Positions 19,384 through 29,452 of a DNA stretch of 35,979 bases are shown in pieces. This stretch comes from Promethearchaeota archaeon (lineage in GTDB: Archaea > Asgardarchaeota > Lokiarchaeia > Sigyniarchaeales > SOKP01). A model generated the notes under the pieces. It was not told the DNA's origin. It made no database searches and saw nothing but the letters and a program-made list of their open reading frames with translations. A program made the position numbers and the translations under genes. Position 1 is the first letter of the stretch; every line of letters starts with the position of its first letter. The stretch lies in NCBI GenBank assembly GCA_016840165.1, contig JAEOSU010000023.1, forward strand, positions 1-35,979, in the 5' to 3' direction.

Positions 19384-20160
19384 ATGCGAATCATTGACAG
19401 TCATGCTCATATATTTGATTCTCCAGGATATGTAGAGAATCTTATTAATGCAATGGATGAAAATAACATTGAAAGAACTTGTGTAAGTGGATTAGGGAAA
19501 AAATTTAAGTGTATGGACAATCAAGGGATAAAACAAATTCTTGGTCAATATCCGGATCGTTTTATTGGAGCCTACTATATTCGGCCTGGTTATAATAAGG
19601 TCGAAGAAGTTCAAGAGGCTTACACACAAGGGTTTAAGATGCTCAAAATTACTTTACCAAAAAAACCATATGACGATCTTAACTATTTTCCATTATGGGA
19701 ATCTGCGCAAATACTTAAAATGCCAATTCTCTTTCATACTGGAGTGGTCACCCTCCTAAAACCTGCAAAACAAGAATATATTTCTTCCTGGTACATGCAT
19801 CCTATGCGTCTTGAACCGATTGCAAATTCATTCCCCAAATTAAACATGATTATAGCCCATTTAGGTGTACATTGGAATGAAGATGCAGCAGAGGTGATTC
19901 GTATGAAAAAGAATGTATTTGCTGATCTCTCAGGGGCTCCAATGGGATGGAGGGTGAGAGCTGATAAAATCGGAATGGATCATTATTTATGGTGGAAAGG
20001 CGCGTTTAAAAAAATCGTTTTTGGAACAGATGTTTTTTACACCCAGATCACGCAAATTCTTAAGGAGGATATGGTCAGATTGGATAAGTTAAATATAGAT
20101 CATGAAACCCAAAAACTCATCTTTTCCGGGAATATATTAAAAATGTTAGGTGAGAAATAA
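19384..20160 (+). CDS. Amidohydrolase family 2 metallohydrolase
   Basis: IIDSHAH, ILFHTG, IIAHLG, FGTD. Confidence 0.88.
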   Translation: MRIIDSHAHIFDSPGYVENLINAMDENNIERTCVSGLGKKFKCMDNQGIKQILGQYPDRFIGAYYIRPGYNKVEEVQEAYTQGFKMLKITLPKKPYDDLNYFPLWESAQILKMPILFHTGVVTLLKPAKQEYISSWYMHPMRLEPIANSFPKLNMIIAHLGVHWNEDAAEVIRMKKNVFADLSGAPMGWRVRADKIGMDHYLWWKGAFKKIVFGTDVFYTQITQILKEDMVRLDKLNIDHETQKLIFSGNILKMLGEK

Positions 20161-21009
20161 TTGATTATAAGAAGCGATGAGATCCGAACATTATTAAACT
20201 TAACGCCAGAAAAGGTGATTGAAAAGGCGGGAGACCATCTTTTACTATGTAAGGATTTAGAAGAATTACATCATCATTTTGCTAAGAGTATTTTTGATGA
20301 AATTCAGAAAAACAATATTCAAAAAAAGCCTACAAGACTCATTCTTCCAGTTGGACCAACAGGGCAATATCCAATATTAACTACCATGATTGAAGAAGAT
20401 CAGCTTTCTTTAGAGCATTGTTGGTTTTTCTTTATGGACGAATATTGCGATGAGGATGGTTTTGCTCTTCCGACTACTCATCCTTTAAGCTTTAAAAGAA
20501 TTGCTAAAATGCTGTTTCTTATTCCTCTTAAAGATGGTTATGGATTAAATTATGAGCAAATTATTTTCCCTGACGAATTGAATATCCATAAGTTATCAAA
20601 GATGATAAGGGAAATTAATGGCATAGATACATGCTATGGAGGCATTGGAATTCATGGCCATGTTGCTTTTAATGAACCTTCTGCAAGGGTTTTTGATTCT
20701 GATTCTCGAAAGGTGCGATTGAATAAATATACCATAACTATGAACGCAATCCGCTCTCAAGTAGGTGGAAATTTGGTAAATTTTCCCAAATTTGCTTTTA
20801 CGTTAGGAATGAAGCAAATACTAAGAGCCAAAAGAATTCGCTTATATTGTCGAAATGGGAGCCCTTATGATTGGGCAAATACGATCTTAAGAATCGCGTT
20901 ATTTGGAAACCAAGGAGATGATTATCCTGTAACATATATCCGTAAACATCCTGACTATAAAATAATCACCGATAAAGATACTTTAGAATCTCCTAAAAAT
21001 GTTATCTAA
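20161..21009 (+). CDS. Glucosamine/galactosamine-6-phosphate isomerase-like (NagB fold)
   Basis: LPVGPTGQY, FMDEY, GGIGIHGHVAFNEP and TLGMKQI. TTG start directly after the previous TAA, RBS AGGTGAG. Confidence 0.82.
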   Translation: MIIRSDEIRTLLNLTPEKVIEKAGDHLLLCKDLEELHHHFAKSIFDEIQKNNIQKKPTRLILPVGPTGQYPILTTMIEEDQLSLEHCWFFFMDEYCDEDGFALPTTHPLSFKRIAKMLFLIPLKDGYGLNYEQIIFPDELNIHKLSKMIREINGIDTCYGGIGIHGHVAFNEPSARVFDSDSRKVRLNKYTITMNAIRSQVGGNLVNFPKFAFTLGMKQILRAKRIRLYCRNGSPYDWANTILRIALFGNQGDDYPVTYIRKHPDYKIITDKDTLESPKNVI

Positions 21010-21018
21010 TAAGTCATT

Positions 21019-23625
21019 TTATGAATGGTCTATTAAATCATACAAAGAATAGATATTAAAAGTGTCTTTATTGATAGTATGAGGCTGATTTTTTCCGTTA
21101 TTTCCCGGTTTAATATGATTAAGTTCTATAACACGCTCTTCTTTTGGTGCCATAGAGAAGAAATTATCGGATGCGATAAAATCGTATTTTTTTGATGTAA
21201 TGAATACATATAAAGCAATATTTTTTGTTTTAATTTTTATTTGATACTGTGAATGATCTTTACCTTCTTCAGTTTTTTTGAGATCCCATGCAATTTCTGG
21301 ATTTTTTAATTCAAATCTTTTAGGAGCGTCAAACAGTCTCATTCCATTTGTTAATGGTTGGCCCTCAATTCCGTAAAAAAGAACAATCGTTGGCTCCTTC
21401 GATTCAAATTGAAATTCTGAAATATCCACGTTCTCTAAACACTGTGAATAGCAGGGTGGCACTTGGACCTTATAAAAACCCTCTTTTAAGAGTTCTCCTT
21501 GATTATTATATAATTTCCAGAAATAAGTTCCAGAACGAGCTGAAGGATAGTCATTTGTAATCCACACTTCAAAAGCATTCTTGTCTTCTCGTACACTAGG
21601 TAATAATGGAGCATAAAATCTCCGGGCAAAATAATGTAGCGCTTTCCATCTTCCATAGTAATCAAAGGAAGACCAACTCGCTACTGGCCAACAATCATTT
21701 AATTGCCAATACAGTGACCCCATGCAATGATACTCATTTCGATTTTGCCTCCAATACTCAACTCCATATTGAATAGCTTCCGCTTGGGTGATTTGAGACA
21801 AAATGATTTGCTTTTCAAACTCTTTTGGTATGTTAAATCGCTTTCTCATATAGCGTAGGATTTTTTTATTTCCACCTTCATTTTTTTGGTGATTATTCAT
21901 TATTGGAGAATCAAGATAAAGTTCCTCCTCAGGACAAAAAGATCTTATGGTTTTTATTGAAGGGAAGCTTTCAAATCCAAATTCTGACATAAATCGAGAA
22001 TTAAACTTTCTATATGACTTAAATGACGCACCTCCATGCCAAACTCTCCAAAAGTGTGAGTCTCCGCTTTCTACATTGTTAGCGTTCGTAGAAAGCGATT
22101 TTGAACCGTCATAGTTATCCAAGGCAGAACTAGGCCAATACTGATGCCGAAGATCATATTTTTTAATTAAATTGGGAATGATCTCTTTAAAGAGCTTTAA
22201 ATATCCTTTTTCATATTCCTCGATTAATTCTGAGTCTTTTAGATTTGCATTGAAAAGTAGCCAATTCCATAATTGTTCTAATTCATTATTTCCACACCAC
22301 AGTGCCAAACTTGGATGATTTCTCAGCCTTTTTATGTTTTGTATCGCTTCTCGTTTGACATTCTCGATAAATTGCTGATGAATTGGATATATTGCACAAG
22401 CAAATGGAAAATCTTGCCAAACTAAGATACCATGTTTATCACATAATTCATAAAATCGGTCATCCTCATAAATCCCGCCCCCCCATACTCGTATAAAGTT
22501 CATATTCGCAGTAATGCAATTTTCGATGTTTTGTTCATAGAGCCCTAATTTCTTCCCACGTGGAATAAAGCTGTCAACGGGAATCCAGTTAGCTCCTTTT
22601 GCGAAAATTGGAATTCCATTCAACGTAAAATAGAATGACTCTCCCCATTTATCGAGTTCGCGATTTAATTTAACTTCTCGAATTCCAAACTTTGAGTGAT
22701 ATGAATCGATTAATTCATCCTTATAGTATAATGAAAGATTAAGATCATAGAGATTTGGCGTACCTAGATCATGTGTCCACCATATATAGGGGTATTCAAG
22801 ATTAAATTGTACTTTTGAATCTGATTTAGTAAGATCATAGTCCTTTTCATATGATATATCGTCTGGACCCTTAATAGAGCAAATCAATTTTAACAGACCA
22901 ATTTTATCGGGTTGAATCGCATCTGATAATTGAGTGGAAATTATTAGCTCCACATAATCAATATTTAAGGCGCTATATTCTTTCAGATTAGAAAAAGAAT
23001 CAACATCTTTATTATAGGTGAAGTTGTTATCTAGATAATACGATTCAATCATTAAATCATCATATGCCTTTATTTCCACGTCCTTCCATATTCCAATATC
23101 TGGCAATTTTGGTCCCCAATCCCAGCCAAAAGAATACTGTGCTTTCCGTATATAAGGCACTCCTGGTATACTGTGGGTCGTTTTTAGTTGTACACCATAT
23201 TGATCCACTAGTTCTTTTGCTATCTGAACTGGACTTCTGATAGATACTCTTAACGTGTTGTTTTTCTTTCTTGCGACATTTTTTATATCAAAGTCATACT
23301 TTTGAAACATATTTTCTGTGGTGCCTAACCGAGTTCCGTTGAGTTCAACTTTAGCAAAAGTATCTATTCCCTTAAATTCTAAAATAAGATGTTTATAAGA
23401 TAACAACTCCTCTTTAAGATCAAATTGTGTTTCAAATTCCCATTCACAATTAAAGATATCCTTGACATTATGTTCATTATCGCCATAAAATGGATCATCG
23501 ATAAGCTCATTATCTACTAATGCTTCAAAGACAGTTCCTGGAACTTCTATTTCTGTTATTATCTCATCAAACTTACTTTTCACGTTCCACTTTCTATTAA
23601 GAGAACAAACAATTTTTGGTTTCAA
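21019..23625 (-). CDS. Beta-mannosidase (GH2)
   Basis: RKAQYSFGWDWGP, KGANWIP, RVWGGGIYE, LWCGNNE, SEFGF and WQLNDCWP. Confidence 0.93.
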   Translation of the reverse strand: MKPKIVCSLNRKWNVKSKFDEIITEIEVPGTVFEALVDNELIDDPFYGDNEHNVKDIFNCEWEFETQFDLKEELLSYKHLILEFKGIDTFAKVELNGTRLGTTENMFQKYDFDIKNVARKKNNTLRVSIRSPVQIAKELVDQYGVQLKTTHSIPGVPYIRKAQYSFGWDWGPKLPDIGIWKDVEIKAYDDLMIESYYLDNNFTYNKDVDSFSNLKEYSALNIDYVELIISTQLSDAIQPDKIGLLKLICSIKGPDDISYEKDYDLTKSDSKVQFNLEYPYIWWTHDLGTPNLYDLNLSLYYKDELIDSYHSKFGIREVKLNRELDKWGESFYFTLNGIPIFAKGANWIPVDSFIPRGKKLGLYEQNIENCITANMNFIRVWGGGIYEDDRFYELCDKHGILVWQDFPFACAIYPIHQQFIENVKREAIQNIKRLRNHPSLALWCGNNELEQLWNWLLFNANLKDSELIEEYEKGYLKLFKEIIPNLIKKYDLRHQYWPSSALDNYDGSKSLSTNANNVESGDSHFWRVWHGGASFKSYRKFNSRFMSEFGFESFPSIKTIRSFCPEEELYLDSPIMNNHQKNEGGNKKILRYMRKRFNIPKEFEKQIILSQITQAEAIQYGVEYWRQNRNEYHCMGSLYWQLNDCWPVASWSSFDYYGRWKALHYFARRFYAPLLPSVREDKNAFEVWITNDYPSARSGTYFWKLYNNQGELLKEGFYKVQVPPCYSQCLENVDISEFQFESKEPTIVLFYGIEGQPLTNGMRLFDAPKRFELKNPEIAWDLKKTEEGKDHSQYQIKIKTKNIALYVFITSKKYDFIASDNFFSMAPKEERVIELNHIKPGNNGKNQPHTINKDTFNIYSLYDLIDHS

Positions 23626-23676
23626 AGTCTTATCTTTTTAGTTTTAAATATGAATGATAATTATAATTTTTCTTTT

Positions 23677-24480
23677 TTATTCTATTACATACTTGAACTT
23701 TCCATCATCCAGAATCCACGCGTCTAGGAATTTATCTTTTATCTTCGAATTCCATATGGTCTCAATATTAGAAATTCCACTCATTAAAGATTCCAGCAGT
23801 TCCGTTCCTACTGGAAATATTTCATGGGAGGGATATAACTCAGAAACACCACATTTTACGCAAATTTCAAGCATTTTATGCAAACTTGAGAGGATCATGG
23901 GGAATTTTTTCCTTTTTGGAAGGTATATTGTCCCATAATGAGCAGTATCACCTGTAAACAGCTCATTTTTATTTGATAATAATGATATTGAGCCCGAAGA
24001 ATGCCCTGGAGTATGAATAACTTTTAATGAGATATCTCCTAAATTAAATTCATATCCCTCCTCAATACTTTTAATACTTGTTGCTGGCTTTAAAATAAAA
24101 TTCTTTTTTGCATAATATTTGACAATCTCCTGTGGCGAATCTCTAAGAAAAGATACATCAAATGGTTTTGTAAGTTCTTTTGCTTCTAAAGAGTGAACAC
24201 TTATTTCATTGAACTCTTCATCTGCTCCACGATGATCAAAGTGAGTATGAGTGTTTACCACTATTAGCTTTTTCTCTCCTATAAGACTGTCTACTAAGGG
24301 TCTTAAAGGGAAAAGCCCACTTCCCGTATCGATTAAAAGTGCTCTTTCTTTTCCGACTAATAAGTATAGATTTATAATTTTAGTATAGAACCGAGGTTCA
24401 AGATTATCTAAACGTTCTCGAATCACATAAAGATATTTTTTGTGTTTTATTACCTCATACCAAGTTGTTCCTTCATCCAT
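23677..24480 (-). CDS. MBL-fold metallo-hydrolase
   Basis: LIDTG, THTHFDH, HTPGHS, FTGD, PSH. ATG 24480 is preferred. Confidence 0.88.
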   Translation of the reverse strand: MDEGTTWYEVIKHKKYLYVIRERLDNLEPRFYTKIINLYLLVGKERALLIDTGSGLFPLRPLVDSLIGEKKLIVVNTHTHFDHRGADEEFNEISVHSLEAKELTKPFDVSFLRDSPQEIVKYYAKKNFILKPATSIKSIEEGYEFNLGDISLKVIHTPGHSSGSISLLSNKNELFTGDTAHYGTIYLPKRKKFPMILSSLHKMLEICVKCGVSELYPSHEIFPVGTELLESLMSGISNIETIWNSKIKDKFLDAWILDDGKFKYVIE

Positions 24481-24608
24481 AGGAATTTTAATACACCTAA
24501 GGAAATAAAAATGATTACTCAACTGAAAAGTTAGAATCTTTTAAAATAATAAATACTATGAAAATCATATTTACTATTAGCAATAAAAATTCTTAGAGTA
24601 GAAGTATT

Positions 24609-26042
24609 ATGGTAGAAACAAATAAGAACCTTGAAGAAATGGACTTCCTTCCATATGAACCCCGTATGGAACCTTCAGCACCAGATTCTCTTTCTGTAAA
24701 AAGGACCATATTCATTTCTTTTGCCTTTTTTATCGTGTTGTTAGCTTGGTCATACTTTAATTTTAAAGTTCCACTTTTAATTAGTGATATTTTAGGTGAA
24801 GGCTATCCATTTCTTGATTTAATTAAAGGCTCAATAATGGCTATAGATAACATTGTTGCAGTTATCCTACAGCCTTATTTTGGAGATCTCAGTGATAGAA
24901 CAAAAAGTAGAGTTGGAAGGCGAATGCCCTACATCATTGTTGGCACTCTTATCTCAGCGGTATTCTTTATTACAATTCCATTCGTACAGGTTTTGGCTGG
25001 ATTTGTTTTAGTTATTTTTCTTTTTGACTTAGCTATGTCAATATATCGCTCTGCATCAATAGCTATTCTCCCTGATTACACCCCTCAGAAAGTCTATTCA
25101 AAAGGGAGTGCAATCCAACAATTCATTGCGAATTTAGGGGGACTCATCGGGTTCATCATACCTATTGTGGTTGGAGCAATTCCAGGTTTATCTGGTGTAT
25201 TGTTTGATGCATTAGGATTTATTATCGTAGGAATATTGATGGTTGTTTTACTTGGAGTTCTTATATTAACGGTAAAGGAAACGCCTACAGGGGATAAATT
25301 CTTGAAAATCTCAGATAAAAAGATCGATATAGACCCCATTTCTTATAAAGCAAAAATATCAAGAGAACCAATAAAAGAGGCGAAAATGAAAGGCAAGCGA
25401 TTCATCTCCTACCGCCAAACTGTAAAAATTCTCAGAAGCCACCGAGATTTTGCTTTCTTTGTTGCGACAGTCTTTTTTATGTATTTAGCTTTCGCTTCAG
25501 TTGAATCTTTCTTCTCAAGTTTTGCAATAGATTATATAGGTATCACCGAAGGAGAAGCAGCGACACTATTTATTGCTTATTCTGGGCCAATGATACTAGT
25601 TGCATATTTTGTAGGATTGTTGGGGCAATGGAAAAAAGTTGGAAGACGGAATGCAGTGAAGATATATTTACTATGGTTAATAATTTCTGTTTCTTTAATG
25701 GCATTCTTAATCGTACCGTCGATTTATAAAAACCATCAACCACTATTGGTTATGATTATGCTAGCACTGACTTCAATACCTTGGATGGGATTCATCGTTA
25801 TCAGTTTTTCTATATTATGGGCATTAGCTCCCGAAGGAAGGAAGGGAATCTATACAGGTATTTATTATACCTTTAACCAAGCAGCATATGCATTAGCTCC
25901 TGTGATATTTGGTGGAATTCTTACCTCAGTCTCATTTCTTTCAGATTATCGCTATATTGTAATGTTTCCCTTCATTTTAATTTGCATTGCTATTGCGTTC
26001 CTCCTATTTATTCCCATAAAAGGCGGCGAAGTAAAAGAATAA
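24609..26042 (+). CDS. MFS sugar transporter (SLC45/MalT-like)
   Basis: QPYFGDLSDRTKSRVGRRMPY and about 12 TM segments. Confidence 0.87.
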   Translation: MVETNKNLEEMDFLPYEPRMEPSAPDSLSVKRTIFISFAFFIVLLAWSYFNFKVPLLISDILGEGYPFLDLIKGSIMAIDNIVAVILQPYFGDLSDRTKSRVGRRMPYIIVGTLISAVFFITIPFVQVLAGFVLVIFLFDLAMSIYRSASIAILPDYTPQKVYSKGSAIQQFIANLGGLIGFIIPIVVGAIPGLSGVLFDALGFIIVGILMVVLLGVLILTVKETPTGDKFLKISDKKIDIDPISYKAKISREPIKEAKMKGKRFISYRQTVKILRSHRDFAFFVATVFFMYLAFASVESFFSSFAIDYIGITEGEAATLFIAYSGPMILVAYFVGLLGQWKKVGRRNAVKIYLLWLIISVSLMAFLIVPSIYKNHQPLLVMIMLALTSIPWMGFIVISFSILWALAPEGRKGIYTGIYYTFNQAAYALAPVIFGGILTSVSFLSDYRYIVMFPFILICIAIAFLLFIPIKGGEVKE

Positions 26043-26064
26043 TTAATTTTTTCCTTTTTTTAAA

Positions 26065-26733
26065 CTAAATTTTAGTGTAATTCTCTATTAATTGTTTGAG
26101 TTGTTCAGATACTTTAGAAGGGTTCTCTGCATTTGTAATAGCTCCACCCACAATGACAATACTAATTGGATATTGCATTATATTTTGAATATCAGTTGAT
26201 CGAATTCCCCCCGCAATCGCCAACTTTGGATGATTAGGGACTTGTACCATAGCTTCAATTTCGGATAAGGGAGCCCTCCGGGAAGATTGACGATCAAGTC
26301 CGCTATGAGCTAAAGCATATGTTAGTTTTCTCCCTTTATAGTGGAGCTTCATAATCTCTTTTAATCTTTTAATCGGTTTTCGTGAGACAATGAGATCTGC
26401 CATTACTTCCACTTTATAATCATAGGAAGCTCGTAATGCCTCTTCTATAGTATTGTCATATGCATCAGCTAGTATAGATATGATATCAGCATGAGCTTCA
26501 GCTGCCAATTGTACTTCAAGATATCCCGCATCTGCGGTCTTTAAATCCGCACATATTATTTTTTCTGGAAAATTCTTTTTAAGCACTTTAACAGCTCCAA
26601 TACCCTCAGACTTGATCAAGGGGGTCCCAGCTTCTATAATATCTACAAAAGAAACCACTTGATTTGCGATTCGTAATGCATCTTCAAGACTAATAACATC
26701 AAGAGCGACTTGTAATTTTGGTTTAGAGTCCAT
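26065..26733 (-). CDS. hps: 3-hexulose-6-phosphate synthase / OMP-decarboxylase-HUMPS family
   Basis: LQVALD, IEAGTPLIKSEG, ADLKTADAG, AGGI and VGGAIT. Confidence 0.82.
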   Translation of the reverse strand: MDSKPKLQVALDVISLEDALRIANQVVSFVDIIEAGTPLIKSEGIGAVKVLKKNFPEKIICADLKTADAGYLEVQLAAEAHADIISILADAYDNTIEEALRASYDYKVEVMADLIVSRKPIKRLKEIMKLHYKGRKLTYALAHSGLDRQSSRRAPLSEIEAMVQVPNHPKLAIAGGIRSTDIQNIMQYPISIVIVGGAITNAENPSKVSEQLKQLIENYTKI

Positions 26734-26753
26734 AATATAATCTATAATATAAT

Positions 26754-26821
26754 AGGCTTAAATACTTAATGCCGGCTTTTAATAGATTTGAAAGCAGTGT
26801 TAGATCAAGTGTTTTAAGCCT
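26754..26821. repeat. 68-bp nested inverted repeat / stem-loop
   Basis: Outer arms AGGCTTAAA/TTTAAGCCT, middle ACTTAAT/ATCAAGT, inner GCTTTTAA/TTGAAAGC. Confidence 0.6.
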
Positions 26822-27153
26822 TAAGGTATATGGTAGACTATTTTACTAGTCTTGGTTAATTTTTCGAGTAACGGCGATTTTTTCTCGATGTTTTCAGCTC
26901 CTATTAATATTCCATTGGAACTAAATAGATATACACGAACTTCTTCAACATATTCAGCAATAATAATATATTGAATCGCTTGACGTTGCTTTACAATGAG
27001 AGGTGGTAATACACCTTTCTTGAAGGTTGTAATATCCTTTATTCGCAAAATCTTGACCATGATAGGCCTTTTTTCTCGATATTCTCGCCTTCCAAAGCGA
27101 ATTAATTCTTTCGAAACTTTTCGTTGGCTCGCCATTTCCAAATCCTCAAACAA
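26821..27153 (-). CDS. Hypothetical protein
   Basis: 110-aa ORF filling the intergenic space. The start may be the ATG at 27135. Confidence 0.6.
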   Translation of the reverse strand: MFEDLEMASQRKVSKELIRFGRREYREKRPIMVKILRIKDITTFKKGVLPPLIVKQRQAIQYIIIAEYVEEVRVYLFSSNGILIGAENIEKKSPLLEKLTKTSKIVYHIP

Positions 27154-27221
27154 AATTTTATTTTTATCTATTTTTTAAAGCATCTCTATCTAAAGAAAAA
27201 TTGATTTGAAGATAGGGGGAT

Positions 27222-28301
27222 TTAAATTATATTCTCTTCAAACATTTTCTGGTTGACTTCTACGCCAAGACCTGGCTTTTCTAAAGCTTTCACTTTTCCA
27301 TTAATACATTTGATCGGTTCTTCTAATACCTGAAATTCATCTGGAATAAATGGAAATTCACACCAATCGCATCTTGAAGCCATAATGAAATGTATATTGG
27401 CTGCAAGTATATGACCAAAACCAAATATGTGGGGTATGCAACGAACACCCTTTACTTCCGCCATTGCATCAATTTTTTTAACTTGTAGAAATCCTCCGCT
27501 TCTACATACGTCGGGTTGTACAATATCATAACATCCTTTAGAAAGGATATCTTCAAATCGAAATATTCCCATATCATTTTCTCCTCCCGCGATCTCCAAG
27601 GAAGACTGTTGCCTCAAAGCAGCAAGTCCATTCAAATTATCTGATGGTAATGCCTCCTCAAGCCAAGTTACATTATACTTTTCACATATTTTTGCTAATT
27701 TTACGGCTTCATTAACAACTGTATATGCGGAATTGGCATCCAGCATGATGTCGATATCTGGAAAGTGATCACGGACTTCCTTAATGAGCGCCTCATCCTT
27801 TTTCAAACCTTTTCCAATACGTAGTTTGACTGCTTTAAACCCACCTAAATCAAGGGCAGCTTGAACCACTTTCGGAGCCGCTTTAGCTTTGTAGCTTCGA
27901 GGCATAGAAGCATATGCTTTTGCTTCTTTTTTCATCCCTCCAAGTAATTTATAAATAGGTTGGTTGGTAGCTTTTCCGATAATATCCCATAGGGCTACTT
28001 GAATAACGCTTGTGGTCATAGGAATCCCAAACATTATTCGGTTACTATTATGATAGACCGTATTAAATATTTCTTCTACCATAAAGGGGTCTTTTCTGAT
28101 AAGTAAATGTTTTAAAGATTCATCAATAAGGTTTTTCTGCCCCATATTGCTTAAATTCCAATGGGATAATGCCCATCCTTCTATATCTTCGTCTGTTTTA
28201 ATATTTAAATAAAAACCTGTAACGTTAAATGCGGGCATCGATCCTAGCTTCAGCTTAAAATCTAATTTTAATACATAGGTTTTAACATCAGTAATAATCA
28301 T
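27222..28301 (-). CDS. Mandelate racemase/muconate lactonizing enzyme family (enolase superfamily, probable sugar-acid dehydratase)
   Basis: ALWDIIGK, KAVKLR (KxK), MLDAN, WLEE, GGEN, QPD and PH. Confidence 0.9.
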   Translation of the reverse strand: MIITDVKTYVLKLDFKLKLGSMPAFNVTGFYLNIKTDEDIEGWALSHWNLSNMGQKNLIDESLKHLLIRKDPFMVEEIFNTVYHNSNRIMFGIPMTTSVIQVALWDIIGKATNQPIYKLLGGMKKEAKAYASMPRSYKAKAAPKVVQAALDLGGFKAVKLRIGKGLKKDEALIKEVRDHFPDIDIMLDANSAYTVVNEAVKLAKICEKYNVTWLEEALPSDNLNGLAALRQQSSLEIAGGENDMGIFRFEDILSKGCYDIVQPDVCRSGGFLQVKKIDAMAEVKGVRCIPHIFGFGHILAANIHFIMASRCDWCEFPFIPDEFQVLEEPIKCINGKVKALEKPGLGVEVNQKMFEENII

Positions 28302-28413
28302 ATTAGTAATTCACTCAAATTTTTAATATATAATTTTATATTTTTAATTAAACTTTTAGAATTAGATGTATTTAATTCTTTAGAACTCAATTATTAAGAA
28401 CAATTGGTCTCAA

Positions 28414-29451
28414 GTGTTTGATGCTCCGAAATCAAAATCATCGGATAAAAATCCTTTTGAAGAATTAGCCGTAGTTTATGTGCTCTATTTTGATGAAGAA
28501 CATGGGCATACTCCACTTTTAATTTATCCTGATGATAGATATAAAGACGATAAAAAATTTATGAGACCAATAAAATATCATCCTATTTGGTTTTTAGAAG
28601 GTTCTGATGCTTTGGATCATATCGATTTAGAATTTAAAGGATATACCTTCTTTGGGAAGAAATTTTTAACTAAATCGGAACGAAAGAAAAGAAGAGCGGG
28701 CTTAGAAGAGGAGACCCCAGAAACAATCGTTATCATTCTCTCATTGCCGAATAAATTGGAAATATTTGGTGATGATTTGATTCAAGAATTAACTAAAAAA
28801 GTTGAGAGTAATTATGGGAATAAATTATTCGAGATAATCGAATCAGAAATTGCCAGTACTAACGTTATAAAAACCCCAAAGACAGAAAAAATTATAGAAA
28901 AAGGGAATCAAATAAAAGATGAGCTTGAAGATACCATTGATCATATCTGCAATAATTTCTTTCAAAACGCAGTACGAGGTTCTGATCGCTCTTCTATTAA
29001 AATGCAAAAAGCAATTGCTTATCTCGCTCTAAAAGGAATCGATTTCTCACATATACAAAGTAGTGACTACAAAGATTCATTTTCTAGTGTTCAATTATTT
29101 GATCCGAGTACCGAAAATGATGTAGAATTATTAAAAAGTCGATTTTCCATCAAGCAGATTTACCTTTCTCAAAATAGTAATGAATTGGAGATTTTGGTAG
29201 AAAATAATACTCAAGAAGAAATTAATGGGATCAGGGTCGAAATAACTCACGTAAAAGAATTTTTTGAAAAAGAAATCATGACAGAAAATATTGATACATG
29301 GTTTCCAAAAGAGGAATTAGTATTCATCTCACCTGTATTCCCCCAAATAAATGAATATCTCTTTTTCATTATTGATAGAAAAACTAATGAACGACTTTTA
29401 TCGAAAAAAATTGATTTAAATTCTTTAAAAGAAAAGATGGTTGAAAATTAA
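28414..29451 (+). CDS. Hypothetical protein with longin/uDENN-like N-terminus and beta-sandwich-like C-terminus
   Basis: VLYFDEEHGHTPLLIYP and RRAG...ETIVIILS resemble uDENN/longin signatures. The C-terminus is beta-rich (ELEILVEN...IRVEI). Confidence 0.55.
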   Translation: MFDAPKSKSSDKNPFEELAVVYVLYFDEEHGHTPLLIYPDDRYKDDKKFMRPIKYHPIWFLEGSDALDHIDLEFKGYTFFGKKFLTKSERKKRRAGLEEETPETIVIILSLPNKLEIFGDDLIQELTKKVESNYGNKLFEIIESEIASTNVIKTPKTEKIIEKGNQIKDELEDTIDHICNNFFQNAVRGSDRSSIKMQKAIAYLALKGIDFSHIQSSDYKDSFSSVQLFDPSTENDVELLKSRFSIKQIYLSQNSNELEILVENNTQEEINGIRVEITHVKEFFEKEIMTENIDTWFPKEELVFISPVFPQINEYLFFIIDRKTNERLLSKKIDLNSLKEKMVEN

Positions 29452-29452
29452 A

